DNA of 64,000 nucleotides. Origin: Christensenellales bacterium (GTDB lineage Bacteria > Bacillota > Clostridia > Christensenellales > UBA1431). The notes under the pieces were generated by a model that was given only the letters and a program-made list of their open reading frames with translations, did no database searches and was not told where the DNA came from. The position numbers were made by a program, and so were the translations under genes. The stretch's first letter is position 1. Every line of letters starts with the position of its first letter. The stretch is from NCBI GenBank assembly GCA_040766645.1, contig JAXGQA010000001.1:23506-87505 (forward strand), in the 5' to 3' direction. Below, one piece after another: positions 17,283-25,422 of the stretch.

Positions 17283-17467
17283 TTATCTATTCTTTTTTTT
17301 ATAGCAGTTAATCTGATTTCAAATGCATTAGATGTTCAGACGGCTAGAAATTTTACTGATGGATGGATAGAAATTAGCTGGACTATATTTTATAATCTGG
17401 TGTTCGGTGTATATCTATCCTATAAGTATTTTTTTCAATTTTTAAGGCAAAAAATGGTACATTAGTT

Positions 17468-17644
17468 GTGATTTGGTATAACCTTTTGCTTTCAGCTATC
17501 TTTCTAATAGTACTTATTCTTGCATTAATGGGAGTTTGGTTTTTGATAAACTACATGAGTTATTGGGCAATATTATTTGGTTTCTTCCTGCCCAGAGCGT
17601 TTGTTCGGAAAAATATGGTCAATCCGGAATCTCATTTTTCCTAG
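17468..17644 (+). CDS. small hydrophobic ORF (58 aa) in an AT-rich islet, possibly a gene fragment
   Basis: GTG 17468 ... TAG 17642-17644 encodes VIWYNLLLSAIFLIVLILALMGVWFLINYMSYWAILFGFFLPRAF.... It follows the similar 72-aa ORF 17247..17465, whose start lies inside the IS256 end. Composition is unlike the rest of the window. Confidence 0.25.
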   Translation: MIWYNLLLSAIFLIVLILALMGVWFLINYMSYWAILFGFFLPRAFVRKNMVNPESHFS

Positions 17645-17785
17645 CCCAACTTTGCTGTCAGTCGATCTTTTGGTCCTTCCCTCCCCAAATAAGCGGCCCC
17701 AAAACAGCCTGAGCCGGCGTCGCCTGCGCGCGCCGGCCCGGACCGTTCTGGCTCTTTGGGAGGGAGTATTATATGGAGGATGGCT

Positions 17786-19000
17786 TTAATTCGCGGCGGC
17801 CAGCGTGACCGTAAGGTTCACCGTCTGCCCGTCCCGAACCACAGTGACGGCTATTTTATCGCCCGCGCTGTGCTTCTGTTTGAGCGCGTTTATCTCGGCC
17901 GTGGTGGTGACGTTCTGCCCGTCGAAGGCCACGATAACATCGCCGGCCTGTATCCCGGCCTTTTCAGCGGCGCTCCCCGGCTCGACCGATACGACGTACA
18001 CGCCGGCGGTACCGTTGCCTAACGCCTGTCCGCTTATATCCTGCGTGGAGATGCCTATCATGGTCCGCCCGGAAACGTAGCCCTGCGCGATGATCTCGTC
18101 GATGACGCTCTTCACGTCGTTTATCGGGATGGCGAACCCAAGGCCCCCGACGCCCACCGCCGACGTTTTCGCGGTGTTGATGCCTATCACTTCACCGTAC
18201 GCGTTAATGAGCGCGCCGCCCGAGTTGCCGGGGTTGATGGCCGCGTCGGTCTGCAGGAGGCTCATGGTCTGGCCGTCTATGGTTATCTCGCGGTCCAGCG
18301 CGCTGATAACGCCCACCGTCACCGTGTTGGCCAGCTCGCCCAGCGGATTGCCGATTGCCACTGCCGTTTCGCCGGTCACCAGCTTTTGGAATCGCCTGAA
18401 GCGTGGCCTGGTCAGTCCGCTCGCGTTTATCTTCAGGATGGCGATGTCGGTCTGCGAGTCTGTCCCGACCACCGTCGCGTCATATTCCTTCGCGTCCTGC
18501 AGCGTGACCTTGATGGACGTGGCGCCCGACACAACGTGCTGATTGGTCACGATGTATCCGTCCGCCCTGACGATGATGCCCGACCCCGCGCCCGACGTTT
18601 CCTCCTCCCTGCTCCCGAACATGCCGCCCGGGACCGCGCTCTGCGCGGTGGTGGTTATGGCCACCACGCTGGGGCCGACCTTTTCGCTTATCTCGGCCAC
18701 GCTCATGGCGTTTTCAGTGGAGGAAACCGTCTGTGTTGACCTCTGCAGCTCGGAGGTTCCGGTCCCGGTGGTCTGGCTGGACTGCGGGATCATCAGTGCC
18801 GCGCCGGCCGCGCCCCCGATGCCGCCCGCCGCCAGGCAGCCGGCGGCAACCAGCGCGATGAAGGCCCCTCTCCGCTTGCGCCGGGGCGGCCCGCCGGCCG
18901 CGTTGGGTCCATAATTGACTGTATCCTGCGTCGTGTATCCACCGCCCGGAGGCGTGCTGTCCATCATGCTCGTTTTCTCCTTTCGGCTTTCATGCTTCAT
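17786..19000 (-). CDS. htrA: HtrA/DegP-family serine protease with one PDZ domain, membrane anchored
   Basis: 404 aa with catalytic-triad contexts TNQHVV, DIAILKI and GNSGGALIN. It has a C-terminal PDZ domain (GVYVVSVEPGSAAEKAGIQAGDVIV) and an N-terminal TM segment. Confidence 0.9.
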   Translation of the reverse strand: MKHESRKEKTSMMDSTPPGGGYTTQDTVNYGPNAAGGPPRRKRRGAFIALVAAGCLAAGGIGGAAGAALMIPQSSQTTGTGTSELQRSTQTVSSTENAMSVAEISEKVGPSVVAITTTAQSAVPGGMFGSREEETSGAGSGIIVRADGYIVTNQHVVSGATSIKVTLQDAKEYDATVVGTDSQTDIAILKINASGLTRPRFRRFQKLVTGETAVAIGNPLGELANTVTVGVISALDREITIDGQTMSLLQTDAAINPGNSGGALINAYGEVIGINTAKTSAVGVGGLGFAIPINDVKSVIDEIIAQGYVSGRTMIGISTQDISGQALGNGTAGVYVVSVEPGSAAEKAGIQAGDVIVAFDGQNVTTTAEINALKQKHSAGDKIAVTVVRDGQTVNLTVTLAAAN

Positions 19001-19087
19001 TTATAACCAATCATTTGGGCATTAAGCCGGTGGAAAAACAAAGCAATTTTGAACAATCATGGAATCATTGTGGCAAAACAGCCGGCC

Positions 19088-19372
19088 TCAGGGAATTACA
19101 GGCTGAATCCTCCGTCTGACTGCACGTTGGCATTGTGCGCGATTTCCCAACGCATAGGGCGTGACGGTGTGGATGGGTATGAGCATGTGGGGGGCCAGCG
19201 CGCGCGATACCCTTTCGATATCCGCGACCGAGGCGTGTCCGCTGGTATGCAGTTGCTTGGATTCAAATCCGCAGGGGTGTGTCATGGCAGGAACGAGCGT
19301 TTCGGCGCCTTGGAAAATGATCTCACGAAAAATGGCCCACGCAACGGCCATTTCGGATTTGCCGGCAGGCAA
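19088..19372 (-). pseudogene. C-terminal fragment of an MBL-fold metallo-hydrolase
   Basis: Only 94 aa. It ends with the typical MBL C-terminal pattern LHTSGHASVADIERVSRALAPHMLIPIHT. No upstream HxHxDH region is present in any frame. Confidence 0.4.
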
Positions 19373-19448
19373 GGCGACCTCTCATCCCATGAATTATCCG
19401 CGCTTCATTATGGGCGCAGATATTGTACATAAAATAGAACGTTTATGC

Positions 19449-19556
19449 TCAGACGATGGCAGGAACGATGGCAAGGGACGTACAGTACACGAAAAACAAA
19501 ACGGCGACGACAGCGGCGTATATCTTCCCGCCGCCCCTTTGGACACGCGCTCTCAT
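19449..19556 (-). CDS. possible 35-aa single-TM peptide
   Basis: ATG 19556 ... TGA 19451-19449 encodes MRARVQRGGGKIYAAVVAVLFFVYCTSLAIVPAIV. GTGAGG lies 9 nt upstream. There is no other support. Confidence 0.2.
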   Translation of the reverse strand: MRARVQRGGGKIYAAVVAVLFFVYCTSLAIVPAIV

Positions 19557-19741
19557 GGCAAACGCCTCACTCAGCATGATTTCTACTTAAATAATCAACA
19601 TGCTGCCAGCGCGTTAAACCAAAAAACAAAAATTATTGGTCAACAATTTCCCACAGGCTTTACACTGCCGGAACAGGGTCAAGAAAACGGCCGTCCGTTA
19701 TCCCGGAGCATGAACGCGATGTCCGACCCGCCGGCTCCGGC

Positions 19742-19981
19742 TCACCACTCGTCCCGCGTCTTCCCCTTGGGTATGTACAGCACGGCATCCTTATCGACGC
19801 GGTCGATTTTGTTTATTTTATAATCCCACTGCTCCTGCGGTATCTCCATGATGGAAACGCTCATCAGCTCGTCGGTCACGTCGTCTATGGTATCCACAAC
19901 GGCCCTGGCGACCGCCGCCGCGCAGGCCCTCTTCTGTGCCTCGGTCCGCCCCGGCCACATTTTCACGATAACGTGCGGCAT
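19742..19981 (-). CDS. tautomerase-family protein (4-oxalocrotonate tautomerase-like)
   Basis: Starts at ATG 19981 with MPHVIVKMWPGRTEAQKRA. The Pro-1 after Met and the GRT.EQK pattern are characteristic. Confidence 0.7.
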   Translation of the reverse strand: MPHVIVKMWPGRTEAQKRACAAAVARAVVDTIDDVTDELMSVSIMEIPQEQWDYKINKIDRVDKDAVLYIPKGKTRDEW

Positions 19982-20106
19982 ATCCACACCCTCTTTCTCG
20001 TTTTTGTTCATTATACAGCGCCTCCGCCATTTTGAAAATATTGGTTGACGAGACGCCTGTACGCGGCTATAATTACTGTATCATATGGGACATTTTGAGG
20101 CGGGTT

Positions 20107-20790
20107 ATGGCACGTTTGGATAAGAGTTTCATACGGGGACTCGGCGCGATCGCCCTCTTTGCCGGCATGGACGAAACGACGCTTTCCGAGATGGTGAGCG
20201 ACGCCCGCGCGGAAAGGGTCGTGTTCAGCCCCGGCCAAACGATATACACCCCCGACCTGTACCGCAAAAGCCTTGCCGTGCTTTTGAACGGACGGGCCGA
20301 GGTGCGCAAGACCAGCGCGGGCCATACGGTCATACTCAACCGCCTGACGGCGCCGGCGCTTTTCGGCGCGGCCATACTCTTTCAGGACGGCGCTCGCTAC
20401 GTTTCCGAGATAACGGCGCTGACCGCATGCACCATACTCTTTCTGCCGCAGGAGCTTTTGACGGACTATATGCGCAGGGACTTTACGCTGGTGGAAAACT
20501 ATCTGCGGTTCCTGTCCGAGCGCATCCGTTTTCTCAACCGCAAGATCGACGGGTTCACGCAGGCCAGCGCGGAAGGACGGCTTGCGTGGTATCTGCTGGA
20601 CCTCGCCGGGCAGGAGGCGGGCGAGGTCTGCCTGCCCGTAAGCCTGCAGAAGTTGGCCAGCGTTTTAAACCTGGGCCGGGCGTCGCTCTACCGCGCGCTG
20701 GATTCGCTGATAGAATCCAGGCTGATAGAGCGCGACGGCAGGCTGGTGAAAATAATCGATAAGAACGGATTGCAGGCGCTGTGCCAGTAA
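20107..20790 (+). CDS. Crp/Fnr-family transcriptional regulator
   Basis: Starts at ATG 20107. It has a cNMP-binding-like N-terminal domain (LFAGMDETTLSEMV...GQTIYTP) and a C-terminal HTH (LQKLASVLNLGRASLYRALDSL). Confidence 0.85.
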   Translation: MARLDKSFIRGLGAIALFAGMDETTLSEMVSDARAERVVFSPGQTIYTPDLYRKSLAVLLNGRAEVRKTSAGHTVILNRLTAPALFGAAILFQDGARYVSEITALTACTILFLPQELLTDYMRRDFTLVENYLRFLSERIRFLNRKIDGFTQASAEGRLAWYLLDLAGQEAGEVCLPVSLQKLASVLNLGRASLYRALDSLIESRLIERDGRLVKIIDKNGLQALCQ

Positions 20791-20823
20791 ATATCCGAAC
20801 TGTATAAGGAAGGTGGCTTTTCC

Positions 20824-21807
20824 ATGAAAAAACGTATTTTGACCCTCGCAGCAGCAGTATTGCTGGTCATCGGCCTCACAGCGGGCTGTTCCACGCCCGC
20901 CCCCGCGGCCAAGACCGACGTGCGCGTTGCCGCGCTGATGGGGCCGACCGGCATGGGGCTGGCCAGGCTCATGGACGAACAGGACGCCGGGACCACGCAG
21001 AACAACTATACCTTCACGCTGGCCGGCGCTCCCGACGATATTGTGGGCAAAATCACCTCGGGTGAGGTGGACATCGCGGCCGTGCCCTCCAACCTCGCGG
21101 CTTCCCTGTATAACAAGACCAACGGCAACGTGCAGCTGCTTGCCATTAACACGCTGGGCATACTCTATGTCGTCGAGGACGGCAAGACCATCCAGTCGAT
21201 AGCCGACCTCAAGGGCAAGACCGTCTATGCCTCCGGTCAGGGCTCCACCGCCGAATACTCCCTCAACCACATCCTGACCGAGAACGGCATCGACCCGAAA
21301 AAAGACGTCACCATCGAATACAAATCCGAGCACTCGGAGCTGGCCACGCTGGTCACCTCCGGCGAAGTAAAGCTGGCCGTGCTCCCCGAACCCTTCGTCA
21401 CCACCGTCAAACAGAAGAACAAGAACGTGCGCGTGGCGCTGGACCTGACCGACGAATGGTCCAAGACAGAGAAGGACAGCCAGCTCGCGATGGGCGTCAT
21501 GATCGTGCGCAAGGAGTTCGCGGCGGAGAACCCCGAAGCGGTACAGACCTTCCTCAACGAGTACAAGGCCTCGACCGAATACGTGAACGCCAACCCGGAC
21601 GCGGCCGGCACCCTCATTGAAAAATACGGGATACTGGCCTCAGCGGCCATCGCCAGGCAGGCCATCCCCAACTGCAACATCGTGCTGGTGGACGGCGCGG
21701 AAATGAAGGCGCAGATAGCGCCCCTGTACCAGATACTCTTTGACGCCAACCCGAAATCCATAGGAGGCAAACTCCCCGATGACGCGTTCTACTACGGCGC
21801 TCAATAG
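20824..21807 (+). CDS. ABC transporter substrate-binding lipoprotein (NitT/TauT, NMT1-like family)
   Basis: Lipobox LTAGCS, 327 aa. The fold-family pattern is VRVAALMGPTGMGLARL...VDIAAVPSNLAA. Confidence 0.8.
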   Translation: MKKRILTLAAAVLLVIGLTAGCSTPAPAAKTDVRVAALMGPTGMGLARLMDEQDAGTTQNNYTFTLAGAPDDIVGKITSGEVDIAAVPSNLAASLYNKTNGNVQLLAINTLGILYVVEDGKTIQSIADLKGKTVYASGQGSTAEYSLNHILTENGIDPKKDVTIEYKSEHSELATLVTSGEVKLAVLPEPFVTTVKQKNKNVRVALDLTDEWSKTEKDSQLAMGVMIVRKEFAAENPEAVQTFLNEYKASTEYVNANPDAAGTLIEKYGILASAAIARQAIPNCNIVLVDGAEMKAQIAPLYQILFDANPKSIGGKLPDDAFYYGAQ

Positions 21808-22567
21808 CGCGTCCTCGTGGCGGCGCATTCTGCGCAAAACGGCAGTCGCGGCCATATGGCTGATGGTGTGGTACACGCTGTACATAATCGTGAAACAGGA
21901 GATACTCATCGTATCTCCTGTTCGGGTATTGACGCGCCTTTTTGAGCTGATGGGCGAAGGCGGGTTCTGGCTGTCCATGGGCACCTCCCTCCTGCGCATT
22001 GTGGCAGGGTTTTTGGCCGCCGTTACCGCCGGCACCGTTATTGCGATACTGTCCGCCCTTTCTTCCTTTGTACGCGACCTGTTTCTGCCCGTCATACGCA
22101 TCGTGCGCGCAATGCCGGTGGCGTCGTTTATCATACTTGCGCTGATATGGCTTAACACCGGCGGTGTACCCGTGTTCACGGCTTTTCTGATGGTCTTCCC
22201 GGTGGTCTGGGGAAACATTTACGAAGGCATCCGGAACACGGACCATAAGCTTCTGGAAATGGCGAAGGTCTTTCGCTTCCCCAGGCGCAAGGTGTTTTCG
22301 CGCATCTATGTCCCGTCGGTGATGCCGTATTTTATTGCGGCGTGCAACAACGGCATCGGCCTAGCGTGGAAGGCGGGCATCGCGGCCGAGGTGCTGGGCG
22401 TGCCCAAAAACTCCATCGGCACCGCCCTGTACAGCGCAAAGATATACCTTGAAACCGCCGACGTTTTTGCGTGGACCGCCGTGGTCATCCTGTTAAGCTT
22501 CATGCTGGAAAAGGGTTTTACCCTGCTTTTGAAGAGGGCAGGGCAGAAATACAACGTGCGCGACTGA
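21779..22567 (+). CDS. ABC transporter permease (NitT/TauT family)
   Basis: 262 aa with 6 hydrophobic segments and an EAA-like loop (KLLEMAKVFRFPRRKVFSRIYVPSVMPY). Confidence 0.85.
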   Translation: MTRSTTALNSASSWRRILRKTAVAAIWLMVWYTLYIIVKQEILIVSPVRVLTRLFELMGEGGFWLSMGTSLLRIVAGFLAAVTAGTVIAILSALSSFVRDLFLPVIRIVRAMPVASFIILALIWLNTGGVPVFTAFLMVFPVVWGNIYEGIRNTDHKLLEMAKVFRFPRRKVFSRIYVPSVMPYFIAACNNGIGLAWKAGIAAEVLGVPKNSIGTALYSAKIYLETADVFAWTAVVILLSFMLEKGFTLLLKRAGQKYNVRD

Positions 22568-22588
22568 CGCGCCTTTACGGGAGGCTTC

Positions 22589-23287
22589 ATGCCTGTACAT
22601 CTGAAAAACATTATAAAAGCGTTTGGGCCGGAGGTCATTTTTTCGGATTTTTCCATCGATCTGCCAGATAAAGGCTGCGCGTGCTTCTTTGGGCCGTCGG
22701 GCAGCGGCAAGACCACGCTTTTCAACCTGCTGGCCGGGATTTTACGGCCGGATTCAGGCACCATAGAGTTTTCGGGCGGGGAAAAGGTGTCCTTCGTATT
22801 CCAGGAGGACCGGCTCCTGCCCTGGAGCACCGCGGCCGATAACATCGCGCAGGTGCTGGACCCCAAAACGGCGCGCCCACAGGCGCTCGAATGGCTGCGG
22901 CGGGTAGGCCTTGAGCAGGCGGCGGATAAGCTGCCCGGCGCGCTGTCCGGCGGCATGCGCCAGCGCGTGGCCATCGCGCGGGCGCTGGCCTATGGCGGGA
23001 ACATACTGCTTCTGGACGAGCCGTTTCAGGGCATCGACGCGCAGAACAAGGATACCGTATTCTCGCTCATATCCGCCGAAAAGGAAAAGCATCTGGTCGT
23101 GCTGGTCACACACTATGCCGAGGAGGCGCTGCGGCTTTCGGACGTCATATACGCTATATCCGGGCCCCCCGTGAAAATCCAGGACACCATAGATATCTCC
23201 GAAGCCCTGCGCTTCGACCCCGTCTTCCGGGAAGAAGTGCTCACAAGGCTGGGAGTGCACGCACACTCCCCATTGCCGGCAGGATAA
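22589..23287 (+). CDS. ABC transporter ATP-binding protein
   Basis: Walker A GPSGSGKTT, signature LSGGMRQR, Walker B LLLDEPF. Confidence 0.92.
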   Translation: MPVHLKNIIKAFGPEVIFSDFSIDLPDKGCACFFGPSGSGKTTLFNLLAGILRPDSGTIEFSGGEKVSFVFQEDRLLPWSTAADNIAQVLDPKTARPQALEWLRRVGLEQAADKLPGALSGGMRQRVAIARALAYGGNILLLDEPFQGIDAQNKDTVFSLISAEKEKHLVVLVTHYAEEALRLSDVIYAISGPPVKIQDTIDISEALRFDPVFREEVLTRLGVHAHSPLPAG

Positions 23288-23366
23288 GCCGCTTAAAAAA
23301 ACTTGCGTCTTTTTTCAGGAACCTTCGTCTTAAAAAATGTACGACATTATCAGGGAGAGGGTTCAA

Positions 23367-23915
23367 ATGACAAACGTTCATGATACAAGTTGCTGTTCAG
23401 GTAGCACAGGGTGCTGTTCATGTGAAACGGGATACTGTGGTCCCGAAGTTCCCAAAAAGGAAATCATTATTGATTTCCTGTATCTGGATTTGAGCGTATG
23501 CACCCGCTGTCAGGGCACGGGAGACAGTCTGGAAGAAGCCGTCGCTGAAGTTGCGAAGGTGCTCGAAGCCGCAAATATGGAAGTTCTGGTCAACAAAGTG
23601 GAAATTGCTGATGCGGAAACGGCCATCCGGCATAAGTTCGTCAGTTCCCCTACCATCCGCATCAACGGGCAGGACATTCAGCTTGATGTGAAAGAAAGCT
23701 TGTGTGAATCTTGCGGCGATCTTTGCGGCACGGATGTGGACTGCCGTGTATGGGTCTATCAGGGAAAGGAATACAGCGTTCCGCCGAAAGCATTGATAAT
23801 CGAAGCGATCCTCAGGGCAATATATGGCGGGAGTCCAAACGCGCCTGTCCGGGACGAAGAATATGTCCTTCCGCAAAACCTTAAAAAATTTTTTTGCTGC
23901 AAAAGAAAAAAGTGA
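23367..23915 (+). CDS. Cys-rich DUF2703-like (thioredoxin-fold-like) protein
   Basis: ATG 23367 follows GGAGAGGG. The N-terminus is CCSGSTGCCSCETGYC, followed by YLDLSVCTRCQGT, CESCGDLC..DC and a C-terminal FFCCKRKK. The family assignment is from memory of the YLDL..C.RC motif. Confidence 0.5.
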   Translation: MTNVHDTSCCSGSTGCCSCETGYCGPEVPKKEIIIDFLYLDLSVCTRCQGTGDSLEEAVAEVAKVLEAANMEVLVNKVEIADAETAIRHKFVSSPTIRINGQDIQLDVKESLCESCGDLCGTDVDCRVWVYQGKEYSVPPKALIIEAILRAIYGGSPNAPVRDEEYVLPQNLKKFFCCKRKK

Positions 23916-23931
23916 AAATTTTTCCGCAAAA

Positions 23932-23959
23932 AAGGAAGCCGGCAGGGCTTCCTTTTTTT
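23932..23959 (+). terminator. intrinsic terminator after the DUF2703-like gene
   Basis: AAGGAAGCC-GGCAG-GGCTTCCTT followed by T7. Confidence 0.8.
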
Positions 23960-24015
23960 AATTTTTCCCGTATAATTTTAACAGGCCTGCGAAACAAGGC
24001 GTGGAGTTGATTTGA

Positions 24016-24573
24016 ATGGACCTGGATTTCACAAGTATATGGGCGGATTTCCGCGTGCCGATAAAAGGCTTCATAAGCCGACGGATAGCAAACGAAAGCG
24101 ATGTTGAGGACGTCCTGCAGGATGTATTTGAAAAGATCTATAAGAATCTGGATGATTTGAACGACGCGGAAAAAATCACGCCCTGGGTTTACAGAATCGC
24201 GCGCAATTCGGTGATCGATCATTATCGTAAGCACAATAAAGCAGAGAAAGCCTTGCAAATTCCGAAAGATTTGATTGCAGAACAGCCCGACGACAAATCC
24301 GCCAATGCGGAGATAGCCTCCTGTTTAACGGCTATGATAAGCTGTTTGCCCGAAAAATACAGGGAGGCAATACTGCTTACCGAATTCGAAAATTACACAC
24401 TGAAAGAGCTGAGCGAAAAAATCGGGTTATCCCTATCCGGGGCAAAATCCAGAGTTCAGCGGGCCAGAACGCAGCTTAAAGAAATGCTCGTAAACTGCTG
24501 CCAAATGGATTTTGATCATTTGGGAAATATCGTTGACTACAAACACAAAACCGACAACTGCAAATTCTGCTGA
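24016..24573 (+). CDS. sigZ: ECF sigma-70 factor with C-terminal Cys-rich extension (SigZ/CorE-like)
   Basis: Sigma-2 region: DVEDVLQDVFEKIY...PWVYRIARNSVIDHYRK. Sigma-4 region: LPEKYREAILLTEFENYTLKELSEKIGLSLSGAKSRVQRAR. The tail is NCCQMDFDHLGNIVDYKHKTDNCKFC. A TATAAT lies at 23971-23976. No anti-sigma gene is adjacent. Confidence 0.75.
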   Translation: MDLDFTSIWADFRVPIKGFISRRIANESDVEDVLQDVFEKIYKNLDDLNDAEKITPWVYRIARNSVIDHYRKHNKAEKALQIPKDLIAEQPDDKSANAEIASCLTAMISCLPEKYREAILLTEFENYTLKELSEKIGLSLSGAKSRVQRARTQLKEMLVNCCQMDFDHLGNIVDYKHKTDNCKFC

Positions 24574-24615
24574 GCATGGGTCCCGAACTTATGGGTTGCT
24601 TGAAGGATAACGAAA

Positions 24616-24643
24616 GGGAGGCCGCACACCTCCCGTTTTTGTT
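24616..24643 (+). terminator. intrinsic terminator after sigZ
   Basis: GGGAGG-CCGCACA-CCTCCC followed by GTTTTTGTT. Confidence 0.8.
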
Positions 24644-24755
24644 ACCCATCGTTCGGATTTCGCTTTTCGCCGTAATCCGGACGGACCGTACTTGGCGCTG
24701 CGCCCTCTTTATCTGCTGCCGCAGCGCGTCGCGTATGTTCTTATCCCGCATTGCC

Positions 24756-24918
24756 GTCACCCCTCACTCGCCGGAGCAAACTGCGCTCCACTCATCAATC
24801 CCTCATCAGCTGTGCGATACCGGGATTTATTCGCCTCGCTACGTCGCTCCTCTTCCCGGTAAAGCTTTGGCTTTGCCGGGGACCCGGTATCTGTTTAGTT
24901 TAGTTTGCGCACGGATGC
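24756..24918 (-). repeat. GC-rich structured intergenic element, copy A (shares colinear words with 58273-58386)
   Basis: Read on the minus strand: GCATCCG ... CCGGG..CCCCGGCAAAGCCAAAGC ... GGGAAGAGGAGCGACG.AGCG ... GGGGTGAC. It contains a 9-bp long-range pair (GATACCGGG / CCCGGTATC) and the hairpin CCCGGCAAAGC-CAAA-GCTTTACCGGG. Confidence 0.35.
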
Positions 24919-24939
24919 GGTCCTATACACGCTTTGGAT

Positions 24940-25422
24940 TCAGAGGCTTTTTTCCTGTTTTTGCTCCGCGCGCCTATTTTGGAAAAAATCCCGCAAAAGC
25001 GCGGCGCACTCCTCCTCGAGGACGCCCCCCGTGGCTTCAGGATGGTGGTTGAACTTTCTTTCGCCGGGCAGGTCGTACAGCGTGCCGCAGCACCCGGCCT
25101 TGGGGTCGTACGCCCCGAAGCACACCCTGTCCACCCGCCCGTTGATGACGGCGCCGATGCACATGGGACACGGCTCCAGCGTCACGTACAGCGTGCAGCC
25201 TATAAGCCGCCAGTGTCCGATACACCGCGCCGCCTCGCGTAGCGCGATGATCTCGGCGTGTGCGGTCGGGTCCCCCGTCGTTTCCCGGAGGTTGTGCCCG
25301 CGCCCAATTATTCGGTCCTCGAACACCACCACCGCGCCGATGGGTATCTCCCCCTTTGCCCCGGCTTTTTCCGCTTCAGCGAGCGCCTCGCGCATGAATT
25401 TAACGTCTGTATTTGCCTTCAT
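24940..25422 (-). CDS. tadA: tRNA adenosine(34) deaminase
   Basis: 160 aa with HAEIIALREA and LEPCPMCIGAV zinc-binding motifs. Confidence 0.93.
   Translation of the reverse strand: MKANTDVKFMREALAEAEKAGAKGEIPIGAVVVFEDRIIGRGHNLRETTGDPTAHAEIIALREAARCIGHWRLIGCTLYVTLEPCPMCIGAVINGRVDRVCFGAYDPKAGCCGTLYDLPGERKFNHHPEATGGVLEEECAALLRDFFQNRRAEQKQEKSL

Noticed and set aside
15930-17295. Target-site duplication for the IS256-family element.
   Set aside because: The flanks ATATACT (15938-15944) and TTATCTAT (17283-17290) do not match in any register I tried. The element boundaries are therefore given as approximate and no duplication is claimed.
24476-24760. 94-aa minus-strand ORF (MTAMRDKNIRDALRQQIKRAQRQ...) in the tadA-sigZ gap.
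   Set aside because: It runs through the sigZ terminator hairpin and 100 nt into the sigZ coding region on the opposite strand. Beyond the first 40 residues it is low-complexity. It is more likely a by-product of the structured or repeated element.
24776-24800. CUGAUGAG word on the minus strand (CAGCTGATGAGGGATTGATGAG) as a hammerhead ribozyme core.
   Set aside because: I could not find the matching GAAA box, the cleavage-site helix or a three-stem arrangement around it. The word alone is not diagnostic.
24650-24940. SRP (4.5S/scRNA) gene, expected downstream of tadA as in many Firmicutes.
   Set aside because: I looked on both strands for the near-invariant helix-8 motif (GGUCCGGAAGGAAGCAGC-like). 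I found only a poor resemblance (CCGGGAAGAGGAGCGAC). I therefore do not call an SRP RNA. The region is reported as an unexplained structured element instead.
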